A DNA stretch of 64,000 bases from Oscillospiraceae bacterium (lineage in GTDB: Bacteria; Bacillota; Clostridia; Oscillospirales; Oscillospiraceae): positions 7,295 to 71,294 of the forward strand of contig JAFQCX010000022.1 of the NCBI GenBank assembly GCA_017416245.1, read 5' to 3'. Under the pieces are notes generated by a model that was not told the DNA's origin, did no database searches, and saw only the letters and a program-made list of their open reading frames with translations. Numbering within the stretch: position 1 is the first letter of the stretch; each line of letters starts with the position of its first letter. The position numbers and the translations under genes are program-made. Positions 49,001 to 57,254 of the stretch are shown piece after piece.

Positions 49001-49828
49001 TTAGCGGACGTATTCGATGACCACGCGGCGGTTGGGCTCAGTGCCAACAGAGTAGGTGGTAATACGGTCGGTATCCTGCAAAGCGGCGTGGATCACGTGG
49101 CGCTCGTAGGCGTTCATAGGCTCTAAGGTGGTACGGCGGTGTGCCTTCAGCACCTGCTGCGCCTTCTTCTGTGCATAGCGGCGCAGGGAGTCCTCACGCT
49201 TCTGACGGTAGCACTCGGCATCCACGTTGATGCGGATGTGACCCTCGATGCCCCGGTTCACGGTGTAGTTAGCCAGATGCTGCAGAGCATCCAGTGTATC
49301 GCCCCGACGGCCGATAAGATATCCCAGATCCTCGCCGGTCAGCTCTACCATATAGGTGTTCTCCTCTTCCTTCCAGGCGTGGGGAACAGCACTCGAGCCC
49401 ATATGCTCCAGCAGACCCTTCAGGAATACCTCGATTCGCTCCTCCACAGAGCCGGGCGCTGCAGGAGCATACTCCTTAGGCGCAGCCTTGGGGGCTTCTA
49501 CCTTGGGCTTACGCTCCTTGGGCTGTTCCTTCTTGGGAGCAGGCTTGGGAGCTTCCACCTTAGGTTCTTCCTTCTTTTCTTCCTTGGGCGCAGGTTTTGC
49601 CTTGGGCTTGGAACGGGAGGCAGAGGACAGCGCCACCTTGGGTGCGGGATCCGGTGCCTCATAGGTAACCTCTACCTTGGCAGGGGTTGCGCCAATGCCC
49701 AGAAAACCGGACTTGGCCTGAGCCAGTACCTGAACAGATACATTATCTCTGTCCAGTCCCAGCTGGGTAAGGGCATTTTCGATGGCTTCATCGATGGTTT
49801 TGCCCGTAGTAACGATGGTTTTTTCCAT
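49001..49828 (-). CDS. jag: RNA-binding protein Jag/EloR/KhpB
   Basis: Jag_N (GFLGIG), KH (LIGRRG) and R3H (ERHVIH) domains. Confidence 0.95.
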   Translation of the reverse strand: MEKTIVTTGKTIDEAIENALTQLGLDRDNVSVQVLAQAKSGFLGIGATPAKVEVTYEAPDPAPKVALSSASRSKPKAKPAPKEEKKEEPKVEAPKPAPKKEQPKERKPKVEAPKAAPKEYAPAAPGSVEERIEVFLKGLLEHMGSSAVPHAWKEEENTYMVELTGEDLGYLIGRRGDTLDALQHLANYTVNRGIEGHIRINVDAECYRQKREDSLRRYAQKKAQQVLKAHRRTTLEPMNAYERHVIHAALQDTDRITTYSVGTEPNRRVVIEYVR

Positions 49829-49831
49829 TGC

Positions 49832-51070
49832 TTATTCCTCCGTATTGTTGGAAGCATACCGATTGGGGTCGTAGTTACGGCCCTTGCAGTAGGGACGGCT
49901 GGGGATCCCGGACATCACATTGGGCTTGTCCTCTTCCTCTACCAAAAGGCCCTTCCTTGCGGCATACTCCTTTGCAGCGGCTGCCTTGGCGGCCTCCTGC
50001 TCACGTTGTTGCTGCTGCTGCAGCTTTTTCTTACTGGTGTTGGTGGTGATGCCGTCGGGGTTGGCAGCCCGGCGCTCTGCGCGCAGGCGCTCTTTCTCTG
50101 CCTCGATGGCTTCCTCTTCCATATGCTTCTTCAGACGCTCTGCATCCTCGGCATCGTAGATCTTGCGATACTTCTTGGTCAGATACACGTCCATCGCTGT
50201 GGAAACAAGGCCCTGCACCAGCCAGTACAGGCTCAATGCGCCGGGCACTGTGAAGCCGATCCACAGGGACATCAGCGGCATCATATACAGCATCACCTTG
50301 CTGGTCTGATTGGCTTGGGAGTTCTTGGCGGTTTCCTTGTCCTGCAGGCCCTTTTCATCCGTCACCAGAGAATTGTTCATTCTCTGGGAAATGAACATAC
50401 TCAGCACCTGGCCGCCTGCAGACAGCACAGGCAACAGGAACAAACCGATGTTTGCCCAGTTCCAGGTTTCCCACTTGAATACATTGAAGGTGGGAACCAA
50501 GCCCAGGTCAATGCCCAGGAAGCTGAAGTTCAAGCCCTCCAGGGTAGCGGGATTGGTCACGATATCCTTTAGTTGCTCTGCAAACTGAGGAATCAGGGGA
50601 GCCGCGATCAGCTGGTAATAGTACTCGTTTTTACCGAAAGCATCAGGCGCTGCGGTTTTGATGGTCTCTACGATCTTGCCTGCCACCTCTGCGCTCTCGT
50701 GGAGCATATACTGAATGGGCTGGCGGATTACCGTATACAGGGGGATTAAAATCAGCAAAGGGAGCAAGCTCCACAGACAGCCGCCACCCATAGATACGCC
50801 CTCTTCCTTATAGAGCGCCTGGGTCGCCTCGTTGAGTCTTTGCTGGTCGTTCCCGTACTTCTTCTGCAAAGCCTGCAGCTTGGGAGACAGTCGGGACATC
50901 TTCATCGTGCTCTTCTTGGACTTTGCCGTTGCGGGGAACAAGATGAACTTCAGGGCAATGGCAAAGATAATCAGCGCCACGCCGTAGTTACTGGTCAGCT
51001 GATTCAGCCAGGAAAGCAGATAGCCAAAGGGCACCTGGACAAGATCAGCCAGTTTGAATGCGAGAATCAT
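49832..51070 (-). CDS. yidC: Membrane protein insertase YidC
   Basis: LQKKY, GGCL, FLGIDL and PGALSLYW motifs; operon context. Confidence 0.93.
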   Translation of the reverse strand: MILAFKLADLVQVPFGYLLSWLNQLTSNYGVALIIFAIALKFILFPATAKSKKSTMKMSRLSPKLQALQKKYGNDQQRLNEATQALYKEEGVSMGGGCLWSLLPLLILIPLYTVIRQPIQYMLHESAEVAGKIVETIKTAAPDAFGKNEYYYQLIAAPLIPQFAEQLKDIVTNPATLEGLNFSFLGIDLGLVPTFNVFKWETWNWANIGLFLLPVLSAGGQVLSMFISQRMNNSLVTDEKGLQDKETAKNSQANQTSKVMLYMMPLMSLWIGFTVPGALSLYWLVQGLVSTAMDVYLTKKYRKIYDAEDAERLKKHMEEEAIEAEKERLRAERRAANPDGITTNTSKKKLQQQQQREQEAAKAAAAKEYAARKGLLVEEEDKPNVMSGIPSRPYCKGRNYDPNRYASNNTEE

Positions 51071-51091
51071 TTGTCATTCCTCCTTGGGGAA

Positions 51092-51304
51092 TCAGGGAAC
51101 GGGGTCATAGTGATCCCCTTTGTAAAAGGGATTGCAGCGCATAAGGCGCTTAAAGGCCAAATAGCCGCCTTTTAATGCCCCGTATTTGTGAATGGCTTCC
51201 AATGCATAAGCAGAACAGGTTGGCGTAAAACGACAGCAGGCAGGTCTATAGGGAGAGATACTACGCTGATAAAAGCGAATCATTTTCAGTAATAACCGTT
51301 TCAT
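51092..51304 (-). CDS. yidD: Membrane protein insertion efficiency factor YidD
   Basis: [21 protein letters not shown] and YDPVP motifs. Confidence 0.95.
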   Translation of the reverse strand: MKRLLLKMIRFYQRSISPYRPACCRFTPTCSAYALEAIHKYGALKGGYLAFKRLMRCNPFYKGDHYDPVP

Positions 51305-51639
51305 TGGGCGTTTAAGATCCCTGCTTTTTCCGCAAGGGAAAGATAGGCGCCGGTCAGCTTTTCAAACCGGGCATCGATACACCGGCTTCTTGCTACCACA
51401 ACGATATCCCAGCCGGGGGCAAACCGATCCTCATTCAGCCGGTAAACCTCCCGCAGGCGACGTCGCACACGATTCCGAACCACCGCATTGCCCAGCTTTT
51501 TGCTGGCGGTGATCCCCACCCGATTGGTGGCCGTATGGTTGGGCTTGGCATAAAGCACCAAATATCCATTGGCGTGGCCGGAGGTGGCATAAAGACGTCT
51601 GAAAATATGATTCAGCTTCAGCGCACAGGAAAATTTCAT
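51301..51639 (-). CDS. rnpA: Ribonuclease P protein component
   Basis: [25 protein letters not shown]; start MKFSC. Confidence 0.95.
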   Translation of the reverse strand: MKFSCALKLNHIFRRLYATSGHANGYLVLYAKPNHTATNRVGITASKKLGNAVVRNRVRRRLREVYRLNEDRFAPGWDIVVVARSRCIDARFEKLTGAYLSLAEKAGILNAQ

Positions 51640-51725
51640 AAACATCTCTCCTTGGAAGTCCTCTGTCTTGCAAGACATTCTAATATGCCTAAACAAGGCA
51701 AGCTCGGTCAAAAGTTTGCCCACAA

Positions 51726-51887
51726 GACGCACTTGAGAAAATGAATTATTGATGGATTGGCAGAAGATTTTGTTCCAGTTCGAGGTTGAAAGCCGCAGGA
51801 ATACTTTGTGTATTTCAAGGCTTTCAAAACGATGAACTGGGGCAAAAGATTCGCCAAGACACAATCAGACATTTTTGAAAGTGCGTC
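51726..51887. mobile_element. 162-bp MITE-like fold-back element
   Basis: TIR gacgcacttgagaaaatg / catttttgaaagtgcgtc; core gcaggaatac..gtatttcaag shared with 41212-41431. Confidence 0.7.
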
Positions 51888-51986
51888 CACATAAAAAGGG
51901 GGCGGGGCGAATAGCCATTCGCCCCGCACGGACTCCCATTTTGCTTTTCAGCGGTGGCCTGCTATCATTGAGCTACCAATTTTTGC

Positions 51987-52121
51987 TTAAGCAGACAGAA
52001 CCTTGCGGCCCTTAGCACGGCGACGGGCAAGAACCTTGCGGCCGTTGGAAGTAGCCATTCGGCTCCGGAAACCATGAACCTTGGAACGATGGCGACGGCT
52101 GGGCTGGTAGGTACGCTTCAT
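51987..52121 (-). CDS. rpmH: 50S ribosomal protein bL34
   Basis: [22 protein letters not shown]; TTGACC-17-TATACT promoter. Confidence 0.97.
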   Translation of the reverse strand: MKRTYQPSRRHRSKVHGFRSRMATSNGRKVLARRRAKGRKVLSA

Positions 52122-52286
52122 ATTTGTACACCTCCTTGAAATCACATATGCTCGACAGCCAGTTGGCTGCAGCGAAACAAAGTTTATGACCATACGTAGT
52201 CACGCTAACATAGTATAACCGATAAATCCACCAAGGTCAACAACTTTTTTCTACACTTTTCCATTTTCCCCCTTAAAAAAGAAAAA

Positions 52287-52360
52287 GTAGGGGCGAGCAT
52301 TGCTCGTCTGCCTGTCCGATGTTCCTTTGCGTCAACGGACGGCCAATGGCCGCCCCTACA
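52287..52360. repeat. GTAG-tagged REP doublet (REPIN-like), 74 bp
   Basis: gtaggggcgagcattgctcgtc...ggacggccaatggccgcccctaca. Confidence 0.85.
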
Positions 52361-52439
52361 ATTAAAGACACAGTGTTGCTGCCCTTCCAAAGGCAAAAAA
52401 AGAGGAAGGCCGAAGCCTTCCTCTTATGTTTTGCAGAAA

Positions 52440-53600
52440 TTACTTAACTGCGTTCACAGTTACGTTAGCGGTGCTCTCGGGGAACTCAACCAAGTCAGCC
52501 TTAACAGCAACGGAGCCATCCTTGATCTTAGCAAGCAGAGCCTCGTAGTCAGCGACCTTCCAGTTCTTCAGGGACCAGGTAGCGGTGGGCAGGCCAACAG
52601 CGTTGTCCTTTGCGCCCAGAGCAGTGCCGGTGCCGCCGATCTCAGCGAACTTGCCCTCGTAGAACTTAGCCAGCGCCCACTGTACGGAGTCGGCCAGGCC
52701 CTTCATAGCGGAGGTGATGACGGTGGGAGACTGGCTGGACTGGTCAACGTCAACGCCGACGACCTTGCCATCCTCAGCGCCTGCAGCAGCAGAAACAGAG
52801 GTGAACATAGAACCGCCGCAAGCGAAGATAACTTCGGTGCCGTTCTGGTACCAACCGATAGCCATAGTCTGCAGTTCGTTGGATGCGGAGAAGGTAGCGC
52901 CGTGGAGCCAGGAGTAGTTCAGCTCAACCTTTACGCCCTTTGCAGCAGCGGCAGCCTCAGCGCCCTGTGCGAAGCCGTAGCCGAAGCGCTGGCAAGCGGG
53001 GTTAGTGCCGCCGCCACCACCGGTGAAGCCCAGCTTGGTGTAGCCTTCCATAACGGTAGCGTAGCCAGCCAAGAAGCCGGACTGCTCTTCCTGGAAGGAG
53101 ATGCCTGCGATGTTCTTCAGAACGGGGCTGCCATCAACGCCTGCTTCCTCAGCAACGGGATAGCCGTCGATGAAGATGAAGCTTACATCGGTGTACTGCT
53201 TTGCAGCAGCGCGCAGAGCGCCTTCCTGCATAAAGCCGGCAGCAACAACTACCTTAGCGCCGTTATCGCAGGCAGCCTTAACTGCATTGATACGGTCATC
53301 GTCGGTAGCCTGGTTGCCATTGGCGGGCATATAGTACTTATAGGTCTTGTTGTTGTTGGCAGCGTACAGCTTCACGCCGTCGTAGGTGCCCTGGTTGAAG
53401 GACTTGTCCTTCAGCGAGCCCACGTCGGTGATGAAAGCGATCTCGTACTTGCCATCGGCGCTGGTCATCTCGTCAGCGACCTTCTCGGGATCGGTAATGG
53501 TTGCGTTGGCGTCATCGTTGTCAGCAGGCTTATTGCCGCAAGCAGCAAACATACCTACGACCATCAGAACGGCCAGAAGCAGTGCTAAGAACTTTTTCAT
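52440..53600 (-). CDS. BMP family nucleoside-binding lipoprotein
   Basis: Lipobox FAAC; DKSFNQ, EEQSGFLAG, GVDVDQ and ITSAMK motifs. Confidence 0.92.
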   Translation of the reverse strand: MKKFLALLLAVLMVVGMFAACGNKPADNDDANATITDPEKVADEMTSADGKYEIAFITDVGSLKDKSFNQGTYDGVKLYAANNNKTYKYYMPANGNQATDDDRINAVKAACDNGAKVVVAAGFMQEGALRAAAKQYTDVSFIFIDGYPVAEEAGVDGSPVLKNIAGISFQEEQSGFLAGYATVMEGYTKLGFTGGGGGTNPACQRFGYGFAQGAEAAAAAKGVKVELNYSWLHGATFSASNELQTMAIGWYQNGTEVIFACGGSMFTSVSAAAGAEDGKVVGVDVDQSSQSPTVITSAMKGLADSVQWALAKFYEGKFAEIGGTGTALGAKDNAVGLPTATWSLKNWKVADYEALLAKIKDGSVAVKADLVEFPESTANVTVNAVK

Positions 53601-53707
53601 TTTGTTTTCCTCCATATTTTTTGTTGGTGTATTACCGCTATTTATTGTCGCACATTTCTACAAAAAAATCAACCGTTTTTCCGTTTTTTGTCAAAAATAA
53701 CGAAAAC

Positions 53708-54118
53708 TTATCGCATATGCTTATCCGCTTGAAAGCTATGGGGCAAAAGCTCTGCCAGAGTAACGGTCTCATAGGTGTTCTCCGCCCCTGCCAGGTAGAC
53801 GATAAAATCATCTCCGCAGAATTCCCGCATCACCTGGCGGCACACGCCACAGGGCGGGAATGCCCCTGTAATATTGCCGTCCTTGCCGCCGCAGACCGCA
53901 ATGGCGGTGAAGTTCCGATGGCCGTCATAGACCGCCTTGAAGATAGCTGTGCGCTCTGCACAGTTGGTAGGGCCATAGGCGGCATTTTCGATATTGCAGC
54001 CCTGATAGACCGTGCCGTCGGCGCACAGGAGCGCCGCCCCCACCTTGTAGCCGGAGTAGGGTACATAAGCGTGGGCCATGGCCTCTTTTGCCAGTTCAAT
54101 GAGTTTTTCGGGGGTCAT
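53708..54118 (-). CDS. cdd: Cytidine deaminase
   Basis: AYVPYS, GCNIEN, CAERTA and PCGVCRQ motifs; start MTPEK. Confidence 0.95.
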   Translation of the reverse strand: MTPEKLIELAKEAMAHAYVPYSGYKVGAALLCADGTVYQGCNIENAAYGPTNCAERTAIFKAVYDGHRNFTAIAVCGGKDGNITGAFPPCGVCRQVMREFCGDDFIVYLAGAENTYETVTLAELLPHSFQADKHMR

Positions 54119-54150
54119 AGTGTTTCCGCCTTTCATCGTATTATTGTTTT

Positions 54151-54241
54151 GGGGATTGCCACACCAGTGTGCGCACTGGTTCGCAATGACACGCTTAGCG
54201 TTAGAGATTGCCACGGGCGGCAAGCCGCCCTCGCAATGACA
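54151..54241 (-). repeat. Two tandem TGTC-tagged repeats in the cdd 5'UTR
   Basis: 54151-54191 and 54204-54241, both gattgccac-hairpin-tcgcaatgaca. Confidence 0.85.
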
Positions 54242-54260
54242 TTAAGAATTGTTATAAATG

Positions 54261-54289
54261 ATTATACGGGAAAAGGGCGTGTTTTGCAA
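54261..54289 (-). promoter_or_regulatory. SigA-type promoter of cdd embedded in the upstream terminator hairpin
   Basis: Minus strand TTGCAA-aacacgcccttttcccg(17)-TATAAT. Confidence 0.7.
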
Positions 54290-54305
54290 CACGCCCCCTT
54301 AAGTT

Positions 54306-56960
54306 TTATTTCTTGATGCTTCTTTGGATCAACTTGACGATTTCCACAACAGGAATCACCAGAATTGCCAGTGCAATGGAAATGGCGTACTCGTCAAACC
54401 CAATGGTAGTAAAGCCAAAGGCATTGGCGATAAAGGGCACTTCGATCACCAGTGTAGTCAGCACCAGGCTTCCCAGCATAGCCGCCCACAGGACTTTGTT
54501 GTGGCTCTTCAGGCTGAACACGGACTTGCGCTGAGAACGCAGGTTGAAGGAGTGGAAAATTTCGCACATACTCATTGCCAAAAATGCCATGGTCATACCG
54601 TGGCCGGACTCGCCGGCTGCCCGCAGGGCAGCAAACCAACCTGCGCCAAACTCGAAGGAAGCGCCAATCAGGTAGGCAACCACGGTGATCACAGTCACCA
54701 GAACGCCCTGATAGATCACGTCGAAGCCCAAACCGCCGGCAAAAATGCCGTCGCCGGAATCTCTGGGAGGACGGTTCATAGTATCCGGCTCTGCCTCCTC
54801 CATACCCAGCGCCAGGGCCGGGAAGCAGTCGGTTACCAGGTTGATAAACAGCAGGTGGACAGGGTTCAGCAGCACGAAGCCCAAAAGGGTCGCGCCGAAC
54901 ACACCCAGCACCTCCGACATATTGGAGGCAAGCAAAAACTGGATGGCCTTGCGGATATTGTCGTAGATCCGTCTGCCCTCGCCTACGGCGGTAACGATGG
55001 TGGCAAAGTTGTCGTCAGCCAGCACCATATCCGCCACGTTTTTGGTGACGTCGGTGCCGGTGATGCCCATACCCACGCCGATGTCGGCAGACTTGATGGA
55101 GGGGGCGTCGTTGACGCCGTCGCCGGTCATAGCGGTGATGCAACGGTTATACCGCCAGGCATTGACGATACGGGTCTTATGCTCCGGCTGCACACGGGCG
55201 TAAACGGAATACTTCTTCACCGCCTCGGGCAGATCCTCGTCAGAAATGCCGTCCAGCTCCGCGCCGGTAATGGCCTGGGAGGCGTCGGTGATAATGCCCA
55301 GCTCTCTGGCGATTGCGACGGCGGTATCCTTATGGTCACCGGTGATCATCACAGGACGGATACCTGCTGCGGCACAGGCCTGGATAGCAGGCTTTACCTC
55401 GGGACGCACCGGATCGATCATGCCGGTCAGACCCACGAAGCACAGGTCTTTTTCCAAAAACTCGGGGGTGTTATCCGCGGGCTTTTCATCCCAAATCCGC
55501 ATAGCCGCAGCCAGCACACGGAGCGCCTTGTCGGCCATAGCCTTATTCTGCTCCATGATCTCTGCCCGCTTGGCGTCTGTCATAGGCTTGACTTCGCCGT
55601 TTTCCAAATAAGCGGTGCAACGAGCCAGCACCACGTCGGGGCCGCCCTTGGTATACTGGATGAACCTGCCGTTTTCTGCATGGACGGTGGACATCATTTT
55701 CCGGCCGGAGTCAAAGGGCGCTTCGTCCACACGGGGCGTAGCTTTTTCCAAGTCTGCCTTATGCAGGCCTACGGAATAGGCAAAGTTTACCAGCGCGCAC
55801 TCGGTAGGCTCGCCCTCAGCCTGATCGTTTTCGTTGAGATTTGCATCGGAGCACAGGGCCATTGCGGTAGCCAGCAGCCTGGTTTCGCCGATATGCTCCA
55901 CCACGGTCATTTTGTTTTGGGTCAGAGTGCCGGTCTTATCGGAGCAGATCACCTGGGTGCAGCCCAGGGTCTCTACGGCGGTGAGCCGGCGGATCACTGC
56001 GTTGCGCTTGCTCATTTTGGTAACGCCAATGGAAAGCACCACGGTCACCACGGTGGCAAGGCCCTCAGGGATCGCGGCAACCGCCAGGGATACTGCAACC
56101 ATAAAGGTCTCCAATATGGAGCTTAAATCGAACTTACCTGCCATCAGCAGGTTGAAAACAAAGATAAATACGCAGATGCCCAGCACCAGGAAGGACAGCG
56201 TCTTGCCCAGAGCGTCCAGCTTTTTCTGCAAGGGCGTTTCTTCGTCCTGAGCCGTTGCCAGGGCGCCGGCGATCTTGCCCATTTCCGTATCCATACCGGT
56301 TTCGGTGATGACCGCCTTGCCTCTGCCGTACACCACGGTAGAGCCCATATAGCACATATTCTTCCGGTCACCCAGAGGAACATCGTCGCTGCCGTCGGTC
56401 AAATTCAGCGCGTCGATCATCTTGTTGACGGGCACGGATTCACCGGTCAGAGCAGCTTCTTCAATTTTCAGGCTGGCATTTTCGATGATTCTGCCGTCAG
56501 CGGGAACAGCATCGCCTGCCTCCAGCACCACGATATCGCCGGGAACCAGCTCATCGGAGTGGAGCACGATCTGCTTGCCGTTTCGTATTACCTTACAGGT
56601 GGCCGCGGTCATAGTTTGCAGCGCCTCAATGGCGGCCTCCGCCTTGCTTTCCTGCACCACGCCCAGGATCGCGTTTAGCAGCACCACAGCGATGATGATA
56701 ATGACCTCTGCCCATTCACTCTCCCCGGAGAGCATACCGGTCAGAGCAGACACGGCGGCAGCGATCATCAGAATGATCAGCATCGGATCCTTCAGCTGGG
56801 TCAAAAACCGCTGGATGAGTGAAGGCTTTTTGCCCTCCTTCAGCTTATTGGGGCCATACTTTTCCTGCCGCTGCTGCACCTGCCGGTCATTCAAACCGTT
56901 TGCATCCACATCCAGATTGGCAAGTACCTGCTGGGTAGTCAGGGTGTAGGTTTTCTGCAT
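54306..56960 (-). CDS. P2A-type cation-transporting ATPase (Ca2+/Mn2+ export, YoaB-like)
   Basis: LTGES, IPEGL, DKTGTLT and TGDGVND motifs; yybP-ykoY leader. Confidence 0.93.
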   Translation of the reverse strand: MQKTYTLTTQQVLANLDVDANGLNDRQVQQRQEKYGPNKLKEGKKPSLIQRFLTQLKDPMLIILMIAAAVSALTGMLSGESEWAEVIIIIAVVLLNAILGVVQESKAEAAIEALQTMTAATCKVIRNGKQIVLHSDELVPGDIVVLEAGDAVPADGRIIENASLKIEEAALTGESVPVNKMIDALNLTDGSDDVPLGDRKNMCYMGSTVVYGRGKAVITETGMDTEMGKIAGALATAQDEETPLQKKLDALGKTLSFLVLGICVFIFVFNLLMAGKFDLSSILETFMVAVSLAVAAIPEGLATVVTVVLSIGVTKMSKRNAVIRRLTAVETLGCTQVICSDKTGTLTQNKMTVVEHIGETRLLATAMALCSDANLNENDQAEGEPTECALVNFAYSVGLHKADLEKATPRVDEAPFDSGRKMMSTVHAENGRFIQYTKGGPDVVLARCTAYLENGEVKPMTDAKRAEIMEQNKAMADKALRVLAAAMRIWDEKPADNTPEFLEKDLCFVGLTGMIDPVRPEVKPAIQACAAAGIRPVMITGDHKDTAVAIARELGIITDASQAITGAELDGISDEDLPEAVKKYSVYARVQPEHKTRIVNAWRYNRCITAMTGDGVNDAPSIKSADIGVGMGITGTDVTKNVADMVLADDNFATIVTAVGEGRRIYDNIRKAIQFLLASNMSEVLGVFGATLLGFVLLNPVHLLFINLVTDCFPALALGMEEAEPDTMNRPPRDSGDGIFAGGLGFDVIYQGVLVTVITVVAYLIGASFEFGAGWFAALRAAGESGHGMTMAFLAMSMCEIFHSFNLRSQRKSVFSLKSHNKVLWAAMLGSLVLTTLVIEVPFIANAFGFTTIGFDEYAISIALAILVIPVVEIVKLIQRSIKK

Positions 56961-56986
56961 TGGATTACCACTCCTTAATAAAAATC

Positions 56987-57113
56987 AAAAAGACCCGTGC
57001 ACAAGCGCAAAATGCCGTGCACGAGTCTCATTCTACAAAGCATTCCGAGCTTAAAAGCCGGCTTGACGAAATGCTGCGGACAGCCACCGCTGCCCGGAAT
57101 TACTCCCTCATAC
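56987..57113 (-). ncRNA. yybP-ykoY (Mn2+) riboswitch with overlapping terminator
   Basis: Minus strand UAUGAG-GGAGUA...UCGUCAA...AAUGAGA-CUCGUG; 3' end overlaps hairpin GAGACUCGUGCAC/GUGCACGGGUCUUUU. Confidence 0.85.
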
Positions 57114-57254
57114 TGTTTTTAATATACCAATTTGAAAGCAAATTGTCAACCGGGATTACCCTATTTTTACCAATTGTTAAAAAAGTATTCCCCTCTTCCT
57201 TTTTTCTGCTGTGCGGTGTATAATAGAACAAAACCTTAGGAAAAGAGGATCGCT

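Noticed and set aside
51640-51864. N-terminal extensions in the ORF track (rnpA, and similarly ridA, rpmA, pdxK, cdd, glgP)
   Set aside because: They run through repeats, promoters or upstream genes; homology and SD position favour downstream starts
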